Assembly: GCA_013178125.1 (NCBI GenBank)
Contig: JABLXJ010000008.1
Location: forward strand, 78,305 to 142,304
Length of the DNA stretch: 64,000 nt
Source of the DNA: Bacillota bacterium
GTDB taxonomy: Bacteria > Bacillota > SHA-98 > Ch115 > JABLXJ01
Reading direction: 5' to 3'
Under the pieces are notes generated by a model that was not told the DNA's origin, made no database searches, and was given only the letters and a program-made list of their open reading frames with translations. Below are positions 9,877-19,703 of this stretch, one piece after another. A program made the position numbers and the translations under genes. Position 1 is the stretch's first letter. Every line of letters starts with the position of its first letter.

Positions 9877-10587
9877 CTAAAACCTGTAGCCAACCCCGAC
9901 AAACGGGCCGCTGTTGCTCAGCTTCCAATCATCATTCGAAGGCCCGATCGCCGAGAGATAGCGATAGCCCGCGCTGATGTTGATCTGGGGCGCGACCTCA
10001 TATGCTACGCTGCCGAGGAACTCGACGGCGCTCGCGGTCTGCTCGGGCTCCGCGGGGACGGGAACTACCGCAATTTTCGCAGCCTTGGTTTCCGTCTTTG
10101 TAGATAAGGATGGGTAATAGCCGATACTCATCTGGCCCGTTATCCCCTTCGCCAGCGCAGTCTCGGCCTTGATGCCAACCTTGAAGCCGCTGAGGCTGAC
10201 TGTCGCAGACCCCGTTGAGTCCGCTAAGCTGCTCGTGAGATTCGCGTATCCTACCAGCGGGTAGAGGGTGACCGCGGGATCCGAGTAGAACCTGTAGAGC
10301 CCATCCACGCTGAAATAGCTCAGGCCCAGCGTGGCGTCTGCGTTCTCCTCGCTCTTGACGTCGGAGAAACCATAGTAGGCTATGCCCAGGCCAAACTGCG
10401 GCGTGAGCATGAAATCGCCGTTGATCATCAGGCTGTTAGCCTTCACAGTCAGCTTGCTCCCGTTCACACCCTCAAACACCGTGCTCCCTATAACATAGGA
10501 GGCCGTCGCGCCGCCCTGGGCCGACGCGACCCCTGCGAGGGCACACAGCATTATCGCGACGAGACCAACGATCATACCCCTCTTCAT
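9877..10587 (-). CDS. Outer-membrane beta-barrel protein
   Basis: Sec signal peptide ending ASA; alternating amphipathic strands; C-terminal GPFVGVGYRF beta-signal. Confidence 0.8.
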   Translation of the reverse strand: MKRGMIVGLVAIMLCALAGVASAQGGATASYVIGSTVFEGVNGSKLTVKANSLMINGDFMLTPQFGLGIAYYGFSDVKSEENADATLGLSYFSVDGLYRFYSDPAVTLYPLVGYANLTSSLADSTGSATVSLSGFKVGIKAETALAKGITGQMSIGYYPSLSTKTETKAAKIAVVPVPAEPEQTASAVEFLGSVAYEVAPQINISAGYRYLSAIGPSNDDWKLSNSGPFVGVGYRF

Positions 10588-10728
10588 TTCTAAAACTCCC
10601 CCTTGTCATTCCTAATTTGCCATCCTTGATCTTGATTACTATGAACAAACACCCGCGTCCAATAATACATATTCGTTAGTGCCTGGGGTTTTCCTTCCAA
10701 CTCGCGATTGTTTTACCGCATCTCAATC

Positions 10729-11583
10729 TCATTCGGGCACCTGGGCGCTGGCACTAAGGGGCGGGGAAGGAAGGCGGGGGAAAGCGCTCCTGGCATTGGT
10801 TGTCGTGATCTCCGCGATTACATTGAGAGGCATGACCCTGATCCCGGCGAGCCTCTCGGCGGTAAACCTTACAAATCCGGGCTCGTTGCGCTCGCCACGG
10901 TGCGGTGCAGGGGCGAGGTAGGGGCAATCCGTCTCGAGCAGGATCCTGTCGAGCGGGAGGGCGGCCGCCATCTCGCGAAGCCGCCTGGCGTTGTCGAATG
11001 TGAGCGGCCCACCAAGGGAGATGTAGAATCCCATCTTCATGCACTCGCGCGCCATCTCCAGGCTCCCCGAGAAGCAGTGGAGAATGCCCCCTGCCTCCCG
11101 GAGCCCCGCGGCGCGCGCCCTCAAGAGGTCCAGCACGTCACCGTGGGCTTCGCGATCATGTATCACGACTGGGAGGCCGAGCTCCCGCGCAAGGTCGAGC
11201 TGGCGGGCGAAAAGCTCGCGCTGGACATCCCTGGGCGAGAAATCATAGTGGTAATCGAGGCCAATCTCGCCTATAGCAAGCACGGCCCTATCCTGCGCCA
11301 GGTTCCTGAGGCGGTCTATAGCATCGGGCGGCGCGTTCAAGGCATCATGAGGGTGTATGCCGATCACGGCATACACCCCTTTATATGACCGGTTGAAGGC
11401 TATAGCAGCCTCCGACGAAGGAATATCACAGCCTACATTGATTATCAGCTTCACGCCGCCGCGCGCCGCCCGTTCAACAACCTCATCACGGTCAGGGCCG
11501 AATCGCTCGTCGTCCAGGTGGGCATGGGTATCTACAAGGAAAAGCTCTCCGGGTTGCGTATCGATCATCGCCGTGTCGATCAC
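10729..11583 (-). CDS. tatD: TatD family hydrolase
   Basis: DTHAHLD, GIHPH, GEIGLDY, IHDREA, LHCFSG, LETDCPYLAP. Confidence 0.96.
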   Translation of the reverse strand: MIDTAMIDTQPGELFLVDTHAHLDDERFGPDRDEVVERAARGGVKLIINVGCDIPSSEAAIAFNRSYKGVYAVIGIHPHDALNAPPDAIDRLRNLAQDRAVLAIGEIGLDYHYDFSPRDVQRELFARQLDLARELGLPVVIHDREAHGDVLDLLRARAAGLREAGGILHCFSGSLEMARECMKMGFYISLGGPLTFDNARRLREMAAALPLDRILLETDCPYLAPAPHRGERNEPGFVRFTAERLAGIRVMPLNVIAEITTTNARSAFPRLPSPPLSASAQVPE

Positions 11584-13733
11584 CGGACCTTCGCCCCGGG
11601 CTCTATCTCCTTATCCGGGGTGAGAACCACGACCCTCTCGCCATCCTGGGAAACGGCCGCCAGGAGCATGCCCTGGGACAGGATGCCCCGCAGCCTGGCC
11701 GGCTGGAGATTTGCAACAACTACTATTTCCTTGCCTACGAGCTCCTCGGGGGAATAGTGCTTGGCGATCCCCGCGACAATCTGGCGCTTCTCCGTTCCCA
11801 GATCAACCTCGAGCTGCAGCAGCTTGTCCGCTCCCTCGACCTTTCGCGCGTCAACTACCCGGGCCACCCTCAAATTAACCTGAGCGAACTGGTCTATGGT
11901 AATCAACCCGGTCCCCGGAGTCTCCGTCCCGGGAACCCCTGTCTTGATCTTGGATACACCCTCAGATGCCTGCTCAGATGCCTGGCCTTCTGCCACTTTC
12001 TTCTCTCCTCCATTTGCGTTTCTTGCGGTTTTCGCGGTCTGTGCGGTTTTCGTTTTACCCGGGCCCTCTTTCTCGCTCCCGGCCCCTCCCGCTTCTGCGG
12101 CCACCTGGCGTTCAAGCCTGGGGAAGATCGGGTCCCCTCGCCGAATCCGCGTCCCCGGCGTCGTCTTCCCCCACTCGAGGGCGCTGGCCCAGCCCGCGCC
12201 CTCGGGGCTGCCATCGAGCCCGAGCTGGTCCCATATCTTACGGGCCGCGCCCGGGATGAACGGGCTCACCATTATGGCCGTGACGCGCAAGGCCTCAACC
12301 AGGTTGTACATGACCGTGTTCAGCGCGTCGCGCATCGTCTCGCTCCTGGCAAGCGTCCAGGGGGCCTTCTCATCGATATACTTATTTCCATCGTCAACTA
12401 TCGTCCAGATATCAGCTATGGCGCCGGAGAAATCGAGGGCCTCCATCTTCTCCCTCGCAGCCCGCGCTGCCCTCATGGCATTGGCCACGAGCGCGTCATC
12501 CCGGCCATCGCTGGCCCCGGGGGCAGGCACAACGCCACCCAGGAAGCGTTCGGTCATGGCCACCGTCCTATTCAGCAGGTTCCCGAGATCGTTGGCCAGG
12601 TCGGAGTTATAGCGTTCCCTCAACCCATCGATAGTGAAATCCCCGTCGCGCCCAAACTGGATGTCCCTCATTAGATAGTAGCGCAGCGCATCCGCCCCGT
12701 ACTCATCTGCAAGCTTGATGGGGTCGACCACCGTCCCCTCCGATTTGCTCATGCGCGCGCCGCCGATGTTCACAAACCCGTGGCCAAAGACCGTCCCGGG
12801 CAACGGGAGCCCGGCGGCCATCAAGGTCGCGGGCCATATAACGCAATGAAACCAGGTTATATCCTTCCCGATTATGTGAAGGTCAGCGGGCCACCATCTT
12901 TCAAACTCTCTAGACTCTCCAGGCTCTCCAGGTCCCGCCGCACCTGTCACCTCACCTGCATTCACGCCGGCTCCCTCGCCCCGAGTCACATCCCCGGCCA
13001 TCCCGGACATATAGCTGGCATACCCAGCCCCCGTCAGGTAGTTTATGAGCGCATCAAACCAGACGTAGACCACCTGGCCGGGATCCATGGGAAGAGGGAT
13101 GCCCCATTCCACCGTTGATCTCGAGATGCTTACATCCTGGAGACCCTCTCTAATGCGGTTTACAATCTCATTGCAGCGCGTCTCAGGCAGTATGAATTCG
13201 GGGTGCTTTTCAATATGATCGAGGAGGGCATCCTGGAATTTAGACAGGGCGAAAAAGTAGTTCTTCTCCTCCACCCATTCCACCTTTCTGCTCGGATGGA
13301 GAGGGCAGCGCCCATCAACGAGCTGACCTTCGCTGAGGAACGCCTCACACGAGACGCAATACCAGCCCGAATATGTTCCCTGATATATGTAGCCCCTGTC
13401 ATTAGCCCGGCGCACAATGTCCCGGACAGTAGCGACGTGATCCTCGTCGGTGGTGCGGATGAACCTATCATACTTGATACCGAGTTTCTCCCAGGCACGC
13501 TTGAACGAGGCCACCATCCTGTCACAAAACTCCTTGGGCGACATCCCTTCAGCGTGCGCCTTCCGTGCTACATTGAGGCTGTGTTCATCCGTCCCGGTTA
13601 AAAAGAATGTATCATAACCCGCGAGACGCTTAAAACGGGCTATAACGTCTGCAGCTATTTTCTCGTAAGCGTGTCCCAGGTGGGGCTCACCATTAACGTA
13701 GTCTATGGCTGTCGTGAGGTAGAATTTCGCCAA
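11580..13733 (-). CDS. metG: Methionine--tRNA ligase with C-terminal tRNA-binding domain
   Basis: HLGH and RMSKS class I motifs, Zn knuckle, C-terminal Trbp111-like domain; TTG start after AGGAGG. Confidence 0.97.
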   Translation of the reverse strand: MAKFYLTTAIDYVNGEPHLGHAYEKIAADVIARFKRLAGYDTFFLTGTDEHSLNVARKAHAEGMSPKEFCDRMVASFKRAWEKLGIKYDRFIRTTDEDHVATVRDIVRRANDRGYIYQGTYSGWYCVSCEAFLSEGQLVDGRCPLHPSRKVEWVEEKNYFFALSKFQDALLDHIEKHPEFILPETRCNEIVNRIREGLQDVSISRSTVEWGIPLPMDPGQVVYVWFDALINYLTGAGYASYMSGMAGDVTRGEGAGVNAGEVTGAAGPGEPGESREFERWWPADLHIIGKDITWFHCVIWPATLMAAGLPLPGTVFGHGFVNIGGARMSKSEGTVVDPIKLADEYGADALRYYLMRDIQFGRDGDFTIDGLRERYNSDLANDLGNLLNRTVAMTERFLGGVVPAPGASDGRDDALVANAMRAARAAREKMEALDFSGAIADIWTIVDDGNKYIDEKAPWTLARSETMRDALNTVMYNLVEALRVTAIMVSPFIPGAARKIWDQLGLDGSPEGAGWASALEWGKTTPGTRIRRGDPIFPRLERQVAAEAGGAGSEKEGPGKTKTAQTAKTARNANGGEKKVAEGQASEQASEGVSKIKTGVPGTETPGTGLITIDQFAQVNLRVARVVDARKVEGADKLLQLEVDLGTEKRQIVAGIAKHYSPEELVGKEIVVVANLQPARLRGILSQGMLLAAVSQDGERVVVLTPDKEIEPGAKVR

Positions 13734-14015
13734 ACAAGACACACCTCCTGGCAATTTGGGTCCGGGGCATCACCGCGGGTCGCCCTGGCGTCTACGTGTA
13801 TAATGAGCGATGCCAGGCCTCCATATGCAGCAAGCTTCTATATCATCCAGCCAGATCCAGCATTCAGATCCAGCAAGCCTCCATATGACAGCAACGGGCC
13901 AGATGCGGCAATGGGCCAAACCCCTATTGATATCATAGAGCCCACCAGTAGAAAATGCAATATCAAATCGCCCCGCATTCACTCAGGTAATTTTCAAATC
14001 CTGCCCCAGGCCCTC

Positions 14016-14133
14016 TTGACAATAGACGAATTAGGTTTATATTGGAAGTGAAAACAAAAAATATAAATATCGTCTTGACTTACCTTGGAAATTTAAGTAT
14101 ACTCTTACTAGAACCTTGTCGAAACGTGTAGAA
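14016..14133 (+). promoter_or_regulatory. Tandem sigmaA promoters of abrB with downstream Spo0A boxes
   Basis: TTGACA-16-TATATT (14016-14043); TTGACT-17-TATACT (14075-14103); TGTCGAA (14117-14123) and TGTAGAA (14127-14133), like the B. subtilis abrB layout. Confidence 0.8.
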
Positions 14134-14150
14134 GAAAGGGGCTGAATACC

Positions 14151-14396
14151 TTGAAATCAACCGGCATTGTTAGAAAGGTCGATGAGCTTGGCCGAGTGGT
14201 CATACCCATCGAGCTCAGGAGAACCCTCCAGATCGGCGAGAAGGATGCGCTCGAAATCTATGTGGATGGGGAGAAAATCATTCTGAAGAAGTATGAGCCA
14301 GCCTGCATCTTTTGCGGCAACGCGGATAACATCCGCAACTTCAAGGAGAAGAATATCTGCAAAGACTGCCTGGAGGCTATGAAGAGCGTATCGTAA
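14151..14396 (+). CDS. abrB: Transition-state regulator AbrB
   Basis: MKSTGIVRKVDELGRVVIPIELRR; C-terminal CxxC...CxxC; divergent from metG. Confidence 0.96.
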   Translation: MKSTGIVRKVDELGRVVIPIELRRTLQIGEKDALEIYVDGEKIILKKYEPACIFCGNADNIRNFKEKNICKDCLEAMKSVS

Positions 14397-14582
14397 GGTA
14401 AGGGGCGCAGGAACAGGAGGTCGCAGAGACAGGGAATCGCAGGATGATATAGGATAGTGGATGTAGGGTGGTATTAGGCGAATATAGGATAATAAATATC
14501 GGACGATAGATGTAGCCGGATTTATGTTTGTGTAGCGGGATTCATAGGTCATCTAGCGCCGGGAGGCTAACGCCGGAAGGCG

Positions 14583-15551
14583 CTATTTTTTTAGCGAAAG
14601 CCTGTAGAGCTCCCGGCCGCTGAAACCCGTTTCCTTCGAGACCAGTCTCGCGGCGTCCTTCCTCCCCATCCCGGCGTCAACAAGCTGCTGCATACGATTC
14701 AAAGCGCCCTCTTTCTCTTGTATACCGCCCCTGCTGCCCCCCTCCTCCTCCTGGCCCTGCACCCCCTGCGCCGCCTGCGTCCTCTGCGTCCCCTGCGCAG
14801 CCAGCGGCGCCTCTGCCGGTCCAAGGACGAGCACGAATTCGCCTAGGGGGTTTGCGAGGCCCGGCCTCTCCATGAGGCTCTCCAGGTCGCCCAGGGTCCC
14901 GCGAAGGAACTCTTCATGAATCTTCGTGAGCTCGCGGGCTATCGCGACCCTACGCTCCGGCCCCAGCCGGTCGCGGAGCTCCCGCAGAGTCCGGCACACC
15001 CTGTGGGGCGCCTCGTAGATGATCGCTGTCCGCCTTTCGGTGGCAAGGGAATCCAGCAGGGTTTCGCGGTCCCTTCCCTTGCGCGGGAGGAATCCGAGGA
15101 ATACAAAGGCATCGGTGGGGAGCCCTGAGGCCACGAGCGCGGCCACAAAGGCTGTCGGGCCCGGGACCGGGATGACCCTTATACCCGCCTCGATAGCCTG
15201 CCGCACGAGGTCGGAGCCCGGGTCGGAGATTCCAGGCATGCCAGCATCCGAAACCAGGGCTACCTTCCTGCCGGACCTGAGCTTGTCCAAGATTTCCGGC
15301 CCCATTTCCCTCATATTATGTTCATGGTAGCTCACCAGCGGGGTTTTTATATCGTAACGCGCCAGGAGCTTGCGCGTCTGGCGCGTATCCTCGGCGGCAA
15401 TGAAATCCACCTCTCTCAATGTAGCAAGGGCCCGCAGCGTTATATCTCCCAGGTTTCCTATCGGCGTCCCGCAAATATAGAGGACCCCCAGCCCCGGGTC
15501 GCCCTGCAGAGCGCGCTCTGCAGGCCCGTTCGCGGATTCACCTTCATTCAT
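14583..15551 (-). CDS. rsmI: 16S rRNA (cytidine1402-2'-O)-methyltransferase RsmI
   Basis: TPIGNLGDIT, AEDTR, VSDAGMPGISDPG, RELTKIHEE; start placed just after the ricT stop. Confidence 0.95.
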   Translation of the reverse strand: MNEGESANGPAERALQGDPGLGVLYICGTPIGNLGDITLRALATLREVDFIAAEDTRQTRKLLARYDIKTPLVSYHEHNMREMGPEILDKLRSGRKVALVSDAGMPGISDPGSDLVRQAIEAGIRVIPVPGPTAFVAALVASGLPTDAFVFLGFLPRKGRDRETLLDSLATERRTAIIYEAPHRVCRTLRELRDRLGPERRVAIARELTKIHEEFLRGTLGDLESLMERPGLANPLGEFVLVLGPAEAPLAAQGTQRTQAAQGVQGQEEEGGSRGGIQEKEGALNRMQQLVDAGMGRKDAARLVSKETGFSGRELYRLSLKK

Positions 15552-15552
15552 C

Positions 15553-16305
15553 TTAGCATCCTTCTCCATCCCCATCTCCATCCCCGTCCCCGCCTCCATC
15601 CGGGTCCATGGCAGGCTCGGGGGGAGCCTCCTGGGGCGCCCTGCCCTGCTGGGGCTCCTTGACGCGCTTGTAGGCATCAGACTCGTACTTCAGGCAGCAC
15701 ATGAGCCTCCCGCATATGCCGGATATCTTCGAAGGATTCAGTGAGAGATTCTGGTCCTTGGCCATGCGGATGGAGACTGGCTCAAAGTCCCCCAGGAAAG
15801 TAGCGCAGCAGAGTGGCCGGCCGCATGGGCCCAGCCCCCCGAGCATCTTGGCCTCATCCCTCACACCTATCTGGCGGAGCTCAATCCGGGTCCTGAATAC
15901 GCTCGCCAGATCCTTAACCAGCTCTCTAAAATCGACCCTGCCATCGGCCGTAAAATAGAACGTTATCTTGCTATTATCAAAAGAGCATTCAACGTCTATG
16001 AGCTTCATCGGGAGCCCGTGATCAGCTATCTTCTGGAGGCATATCTCAAAGACCTTTTTCTCCCTCCGCTTATTCTCCTCCACCTGGGCCTCATCCTCGG
16101 CCGTGGCCTCTCTCAATACCTTCTTAAGCGGGCTCACGATGTCCTCTTCCCTGACCTGCTTGGGACCTATAACAACCTCTCCATATTCGACCCCTCTTGA
16201 AGTTTCAACTATCACCTTATCACCGGCGGCCACGTCGATCCCGTCCGGGTCAAAGTAATATATCTTCCCCGCCTTCTTAAACCTCACACCTACAACCTCA
16301 TACAT
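15553..16305 (-). CDS. ricT: Stage 0 sporulation protein YaaT/RicT (PSP1 domain)
   Basis: GVRFKKAGKIYYF, RVDFRELVK, CGRPLCC, CGRLMCCLKYE. Confidence 0.96.
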   Translation of the reverse strand: MYEVVGVRFKKAGKIYYFDPDGIDVAAGDKVIVETSRGVEYGEVVIGPKQVREEDIVSPLKKVLREATAEDEAQVEENKRREKKVFEICLQKIADHGLPMKLIDVECSFDNSKITFYFTADGRVDFRELVKDLASVFRTRIELRQIGVRDEAKMLGGLGPCGRPLCCATFLGDFEPVSIRMAKDQNLSLNPSKISGICGRLMCCLKYESDAYKRVKEPQQGRAPQEAPPEPAMDPDGGGDGDGDGDGEGC

Positions 16306-16330
16306 CCCCAAGACTCCCCTCAAACGTCTC

Positions 16331-17563
16331 TCACACGTTGAAAATCAAAGCGAAGAGCATATTCTCGAGGGCCAGCCTCAGATTCGCATTCCTCCTGATA
16401 CCCTGCCTTGCCGCCTCGATGACGCCAATCGAGTTGACTGCCCTGTCAGTGGAGCACATCCTCGCCTGCTCCTCGAGCACCTCGAGCTTATCCACGTTTA
16501 TTACAAGAGTCTCTAAAAGGCCCTCCGTCTCGTGGGGAATCCCACGTTCAAGGCTTACCCGCTCAAGACTTACCCGTTCAAGGCCCACCCCGTCATGAGC
16601 TGCCTCATAGACTATCATGAGGTCCCTGTACCAGTCCTCGAGAAGGTCAAGAATCTCATCAAGATCATCTTTGCGCTTCTCAAGCTCCCCAGCGTTCCTC
16701 AGAGCCTCCAGCATTCCTCCGCCCCTACCTGCCTCGTACCCGGCCTGTGCCTGTCCTAAAACGCTCCCGGCGAGGGCGATAACCTCATCCCGGGGCGGCA
16801 GGGGAATCCGGCCGGTGGCCCAGCCCACCGCCTTCCCTACGCTCCCGTGACAGAGAAAAGCCATTACCCTGGCCTCCTCTCTTGGGATACCGTACCTGCT
16901 CTCGAGCAACCCTGATATCGCGGAGGCGCCGACCGGGTAGAACCGGAGGATCTGGCAGCGTGAGACTATAGTGGGGAGGATGCTCAGGACGTTCGAGGCC
17001 AAGAGGATGAAAACCGTTCTTTCCTGGGGTTCCTCGAGGACTTTGAGGATGCTGTTTGCAGCCTGCTCTGTCATCTTGTCGCAATCTTCTATTATCCACA
17101 CCCTATAACGTCCCTCATATGGCCTGTAGGACATCTCCCTCTTGATCTCCCGTATCTGGTCGATTCTAACGGAGGCCCCATCAGGGGATATGACCTTTAC
17201 GTCTGGGTGATTGCCGTTGGCGATCTTCCGGCAGGATGGGCAGGTGCCACACGGAGCGAAAAATCCCGCCCTATTACCAGGTTTACCGGGTTTGTCATCG
17301 GGCCCACTTTCATTATCCTTATCGGTGCAATCCATATCCGTGCGGAGACAATTCAGGGCCCTGGCAAAACACAGCGCAAGGGTTTTTTTGCCGACCCCGC
17401 TCGGGCCGGCAAACAGGTATGCATGAGCTATCCTCCCTGTCTCCAGGGCACGTTGAAGCAGCCTCAGGGTCTCGGGCTGGCCCACAACCTCTCCGCAGAA
17501 GAAATCGCTTTCCACCAAATCGCTCCTCACCCGCGCAATATCCCGCTCTTCACATTCCCGCAT
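16331..17563 (-). CDS. holB: DNA polymerase III subunit delta'
   Basis: HAYLFAGPSGVGK, CGTCPSC, NHPD, KVLEEP, PTIVSRCQ. Confidence 0.95.
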   Translation of the reverse strand: MRECEERDIARVRSDLVESDFFCGEVVGQPETLRLLQRALETGRIAHAYLFAGPSGVGKKTLALCFARALNCLRTDMDCTDKDNESGPDDKPGKPGNRAGFFAPCGTCPSCRKIANGNHPDVKVISPDGASVRIDQIREIKREMSYRPYEGRYRVWIIEDCDKMTEQAANSILKVLEEPQERTVFILLASNVLSILPTIVSRCQILRFYPVGASAISGLLESRYGIPREEARVMAFLCHGSVGKAVGWATGRIPLPPRDEVIALAGSVLGQAQAGYEAGRGGGMLEALRNAGELEKRKDDLDEILDLLEDWYRDLMIVYEAAHDGVGLERVSLERVSLERGIPHETEGLLETLVINVDKLEVLEEQARMCSTDRAVNSIGVIEAARQGIRRNANLRLALENMLFALIFNV

Positions 17564-17569
17564 TTCGAA

Positions 17570-17899
17570 TCAGACCTTCTCAAAGTGGGCCACATCAACG
17601 ACGAATATGGTTGCCCCTCCGACCTTTACCTCCACAGGCTGGGGGACGTACGACGTTATGGACCTCCCTACTGCAGGCATCGGCGTGATGAGCTGGGTCC
17701 GGGATTTACAGACATCCTTGACCACGCCAACGACATCCTGCACCTGGTCATCGTCCACGCCCACCAGCAACGTCGTATTGCCGACCCTCAGAAACCCCCC
17801 TGTACTCGCAAGCTTCGTGGCCTTATAACCCTTCTTGACGAGACGATCCAGGAGGCCGGCCACGTCCTGATCCTGGACTATCGCTATCACGAGCTTCAT
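17570..17899 (-). CDS. darA: Cyclic-di-AMP receptor DarA (PII-like)
   Basis: MKLVIAIVQDQD, TKLASTGGFL, GNTT, VGGATIFV. Confidence 0.95.
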   Translation of the reverse strand: MKLVIAIVQDQDVAGLLDRLVKKGYKATKLASTGGFLRVGNTTLLVGVDDDQVQDVVGVVKDVCKSRTQLITPMPAVGRSITSYVPQPVEVKVGGATIFVVDVAHFEKV

Positions 17900-18030
17900 T
17901 GCCTTCACCACCCCCGGTCCTGCAATCCAGTCCTTCCTGCCCTACCTCTATCCTCCATCTCCTCCGTCTCCTGCATCTCCTGAGCCTGATGCTCTGCCAG
18001 TAAACCCGCCCGACATCCTGGCCCGGCATT

Positions 18031-18104
18031 CTGCCCTGAAAATGACCCAATCAATTCCAGGACATTTTCATTCTCCGGGGTGCCGCGCTGCGGCATGGAG
18101 GTCT
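18031..18104 (+). mobile_element. CT-bounded two-hairpin mini-element, copy 2
   Basis: CT-GCCCTGAAAATGACC...GGACATTTTCATTCTCCGGGGTGCCGC-GCT-GCGGCATGGAGGT-CT. Confidence 0.75.
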
Positions 18105-19701
18105 ACTTTGAGAATATCACTACACGCCTATTCGGTTCAACCCCGATGCTGACAGACTGCAAGCTTTTCCTGGAGGCGAGCTCATGCTGCAATCTACGAA
18201 TATATGCGTTCTGAGGCCGCAATTCCACCGGTTGAGCATGCCTTGAAACGCGCAACGCCGCTTCCTCGGCCTCGCGGAGGGCGCCTTCTTCAGGTCGAGC
18301 CCCTGGAGTCACACCCTCACCCGAGCCGCCCCCGCCTGAGCCGCACCTCTGTCGCAGGAAACCCAATATCTGGCTTATCGTATTGCTCTTGATGATGTGG
18401 ATGGGGAGACCCCGCTCCGCCGCCTCGCGCAACCTCTTGGGCATCTTGCGATACTGTCCCCTCAATGTGAGGATTACATCTGCGCTATCGATGTCCCGTG
18501 CTATATAGGCTCGCACACCGCTCGCCTCGATGGCCTCGCTCAACTTGTTATGACTTACAGCATATGGAAATATCCGCAAAAACCTGGGCTGTTCCTCAGT
18601 AGGACCTTGGATGGCGCCTTGAGCACCGCCTCTTCCCGGCTCAATCTCTCCCGGCCCCATCCTATCCATAGCACCGGGGAACCCGGCCTCCTGGACTATC
18701 TTTATCTCGCCTCCAGAACCCCGCACCCTGATCTCGGGCCGCGGCTCGATGCCCCGGAGAAGCAGGTCCACCGTCCTCGCCACGTCGTGGTGAATTGCAA
18801 GCGTATCCCTATCTTTTATCTCAATTACCACATCAAAGGTGGGCGGGGCCTTCCGCTCCAAAACAGTCTTCTGAGTCCCTCGCTTTCGCGCCTCCTCATC
18901 GCCGAGGGTCACGGCCTGGATGCCCCCGACAAGATCGCTCAGCACCGGGTTGAGAACCAGGTTGGTCAGGGTATCACCGTGAGCCGTCCCTATGAGCTGG
19001 ACCCCGCGCTCAGCTATTGTCCGCGCGGCGTCTGCCTCGGCCTCTGTGCCGATTTCGTCAATCACTATGACCTCCGGCATGTGATTCTCCACAGCCTCTA
19101 TCATAACATCCGCCTGCTTTGCAGGTGTTGGCACCTGCATGCGCCGGGAGCGCCCTATACCAGGGTGCGGGATATCCCCATCCCCGGCGATCTCATTTGA
19201 GGTATCAACAACGACGACCCGCTTTTCAAACTCGTCACTCAGAACCCGGGCCACCTCACGAAGCATCGTCGTCTTGCCAACTCCCGGCCGGCCAAGCAAC
19301 AGGAGGCTCTTTTCCTGCTCCACCACATCCCTGATTATATCAATGGTCCCAAAAACCGCCCGACCGACCCTGCAGGTAAGGCCGATGATTTCACCTGTGC
19401 GGTTCCGTATGGCGGAGATCCTGTGCAGGGTTCTCTCAATCCCTGCCCTGTTATCACCCCCGAACCTCCCGACGCGCTTCAGGACATACCCGATATCCTC
19501 GCGGGAGACGGGCTCCTCGCTCAGATAGATGAATCTTCCGGCAAATCGGGCCTCCGGCTGGCGACCCAGGTCGAGGATAACCTCAACGAGGTCATTCAAA
19601 TCATCCAGGGCCTCGATGCCGCCCCTCAACCTCGGGGGTAAAACCTCCAGGAGCAGGTCAATATTATCAGTTATCTCTTGCCGCGTCAAGGTTCCCTTCA
19701 C
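18103..19701 (-). CDS. SpoIIIAA/Ycf45-like AAA ATPase with C-terminal R3H domain
   Basis: GRPGVGKTT, VDTSNEIAGDGD, IDEIG, TAHG; C-terminal RRLQH R3H motif. Confidence 0.88.
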   Translation of the reverse strand: MKGTLTRQEITDNIDLLLEVLPPRLRGGIEALDDLNDLVEVILDLGRQPEARFAGRFIYLSEEPVSREDIGYVLKRVGRFGGDNRAGIERTLHRISAIRNRTGEIIGLTCRVGRAVFGTIDIIRDVVEQEKSLLLLGRPGVGKTTMLREVARVLSDEFEKRVVVVDTSNEIAGDGDIPHPGIGRSRRMQVPTPAKQADVMIEAVENHMPEVIVIDEIGTEAEADAARTIAERGVQLIGTAHGDTLTNLVLNPVLSDLVGGIQAVTLGDEEARKRGTQKTVLERKAPPTFDVVIEIKDRDTLAIHHDVARTVDLLLRGIEPRPEIRVRGSGGEIKIVQEAGFPGAMDRMGPGEIEPGRGGAQGAIQGPTEEQPRFLRIFPYAVSHNKLSEAIEASGVRAYIARDIDSADVILTLRGQYRKMPKRLREAAERGLPIHIIKSNTISQILGFLRQRCGSGGGGSGEGVTPGARPEEGALREAEEAALRVSRHAQPVELRPQNAYIRRLQHELASRKSLQSVSIGVEPNRRVVIFSK

Positions 19702-19703
19702 TC

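Noticed and set aside
13755-14010. T-box or SAM riboswitch upstream of metG
   Set aside because: No T-box GGTGGNACC motif, terminator or S-box core seen on the minus strand; the region is mostly short tandem duplications.
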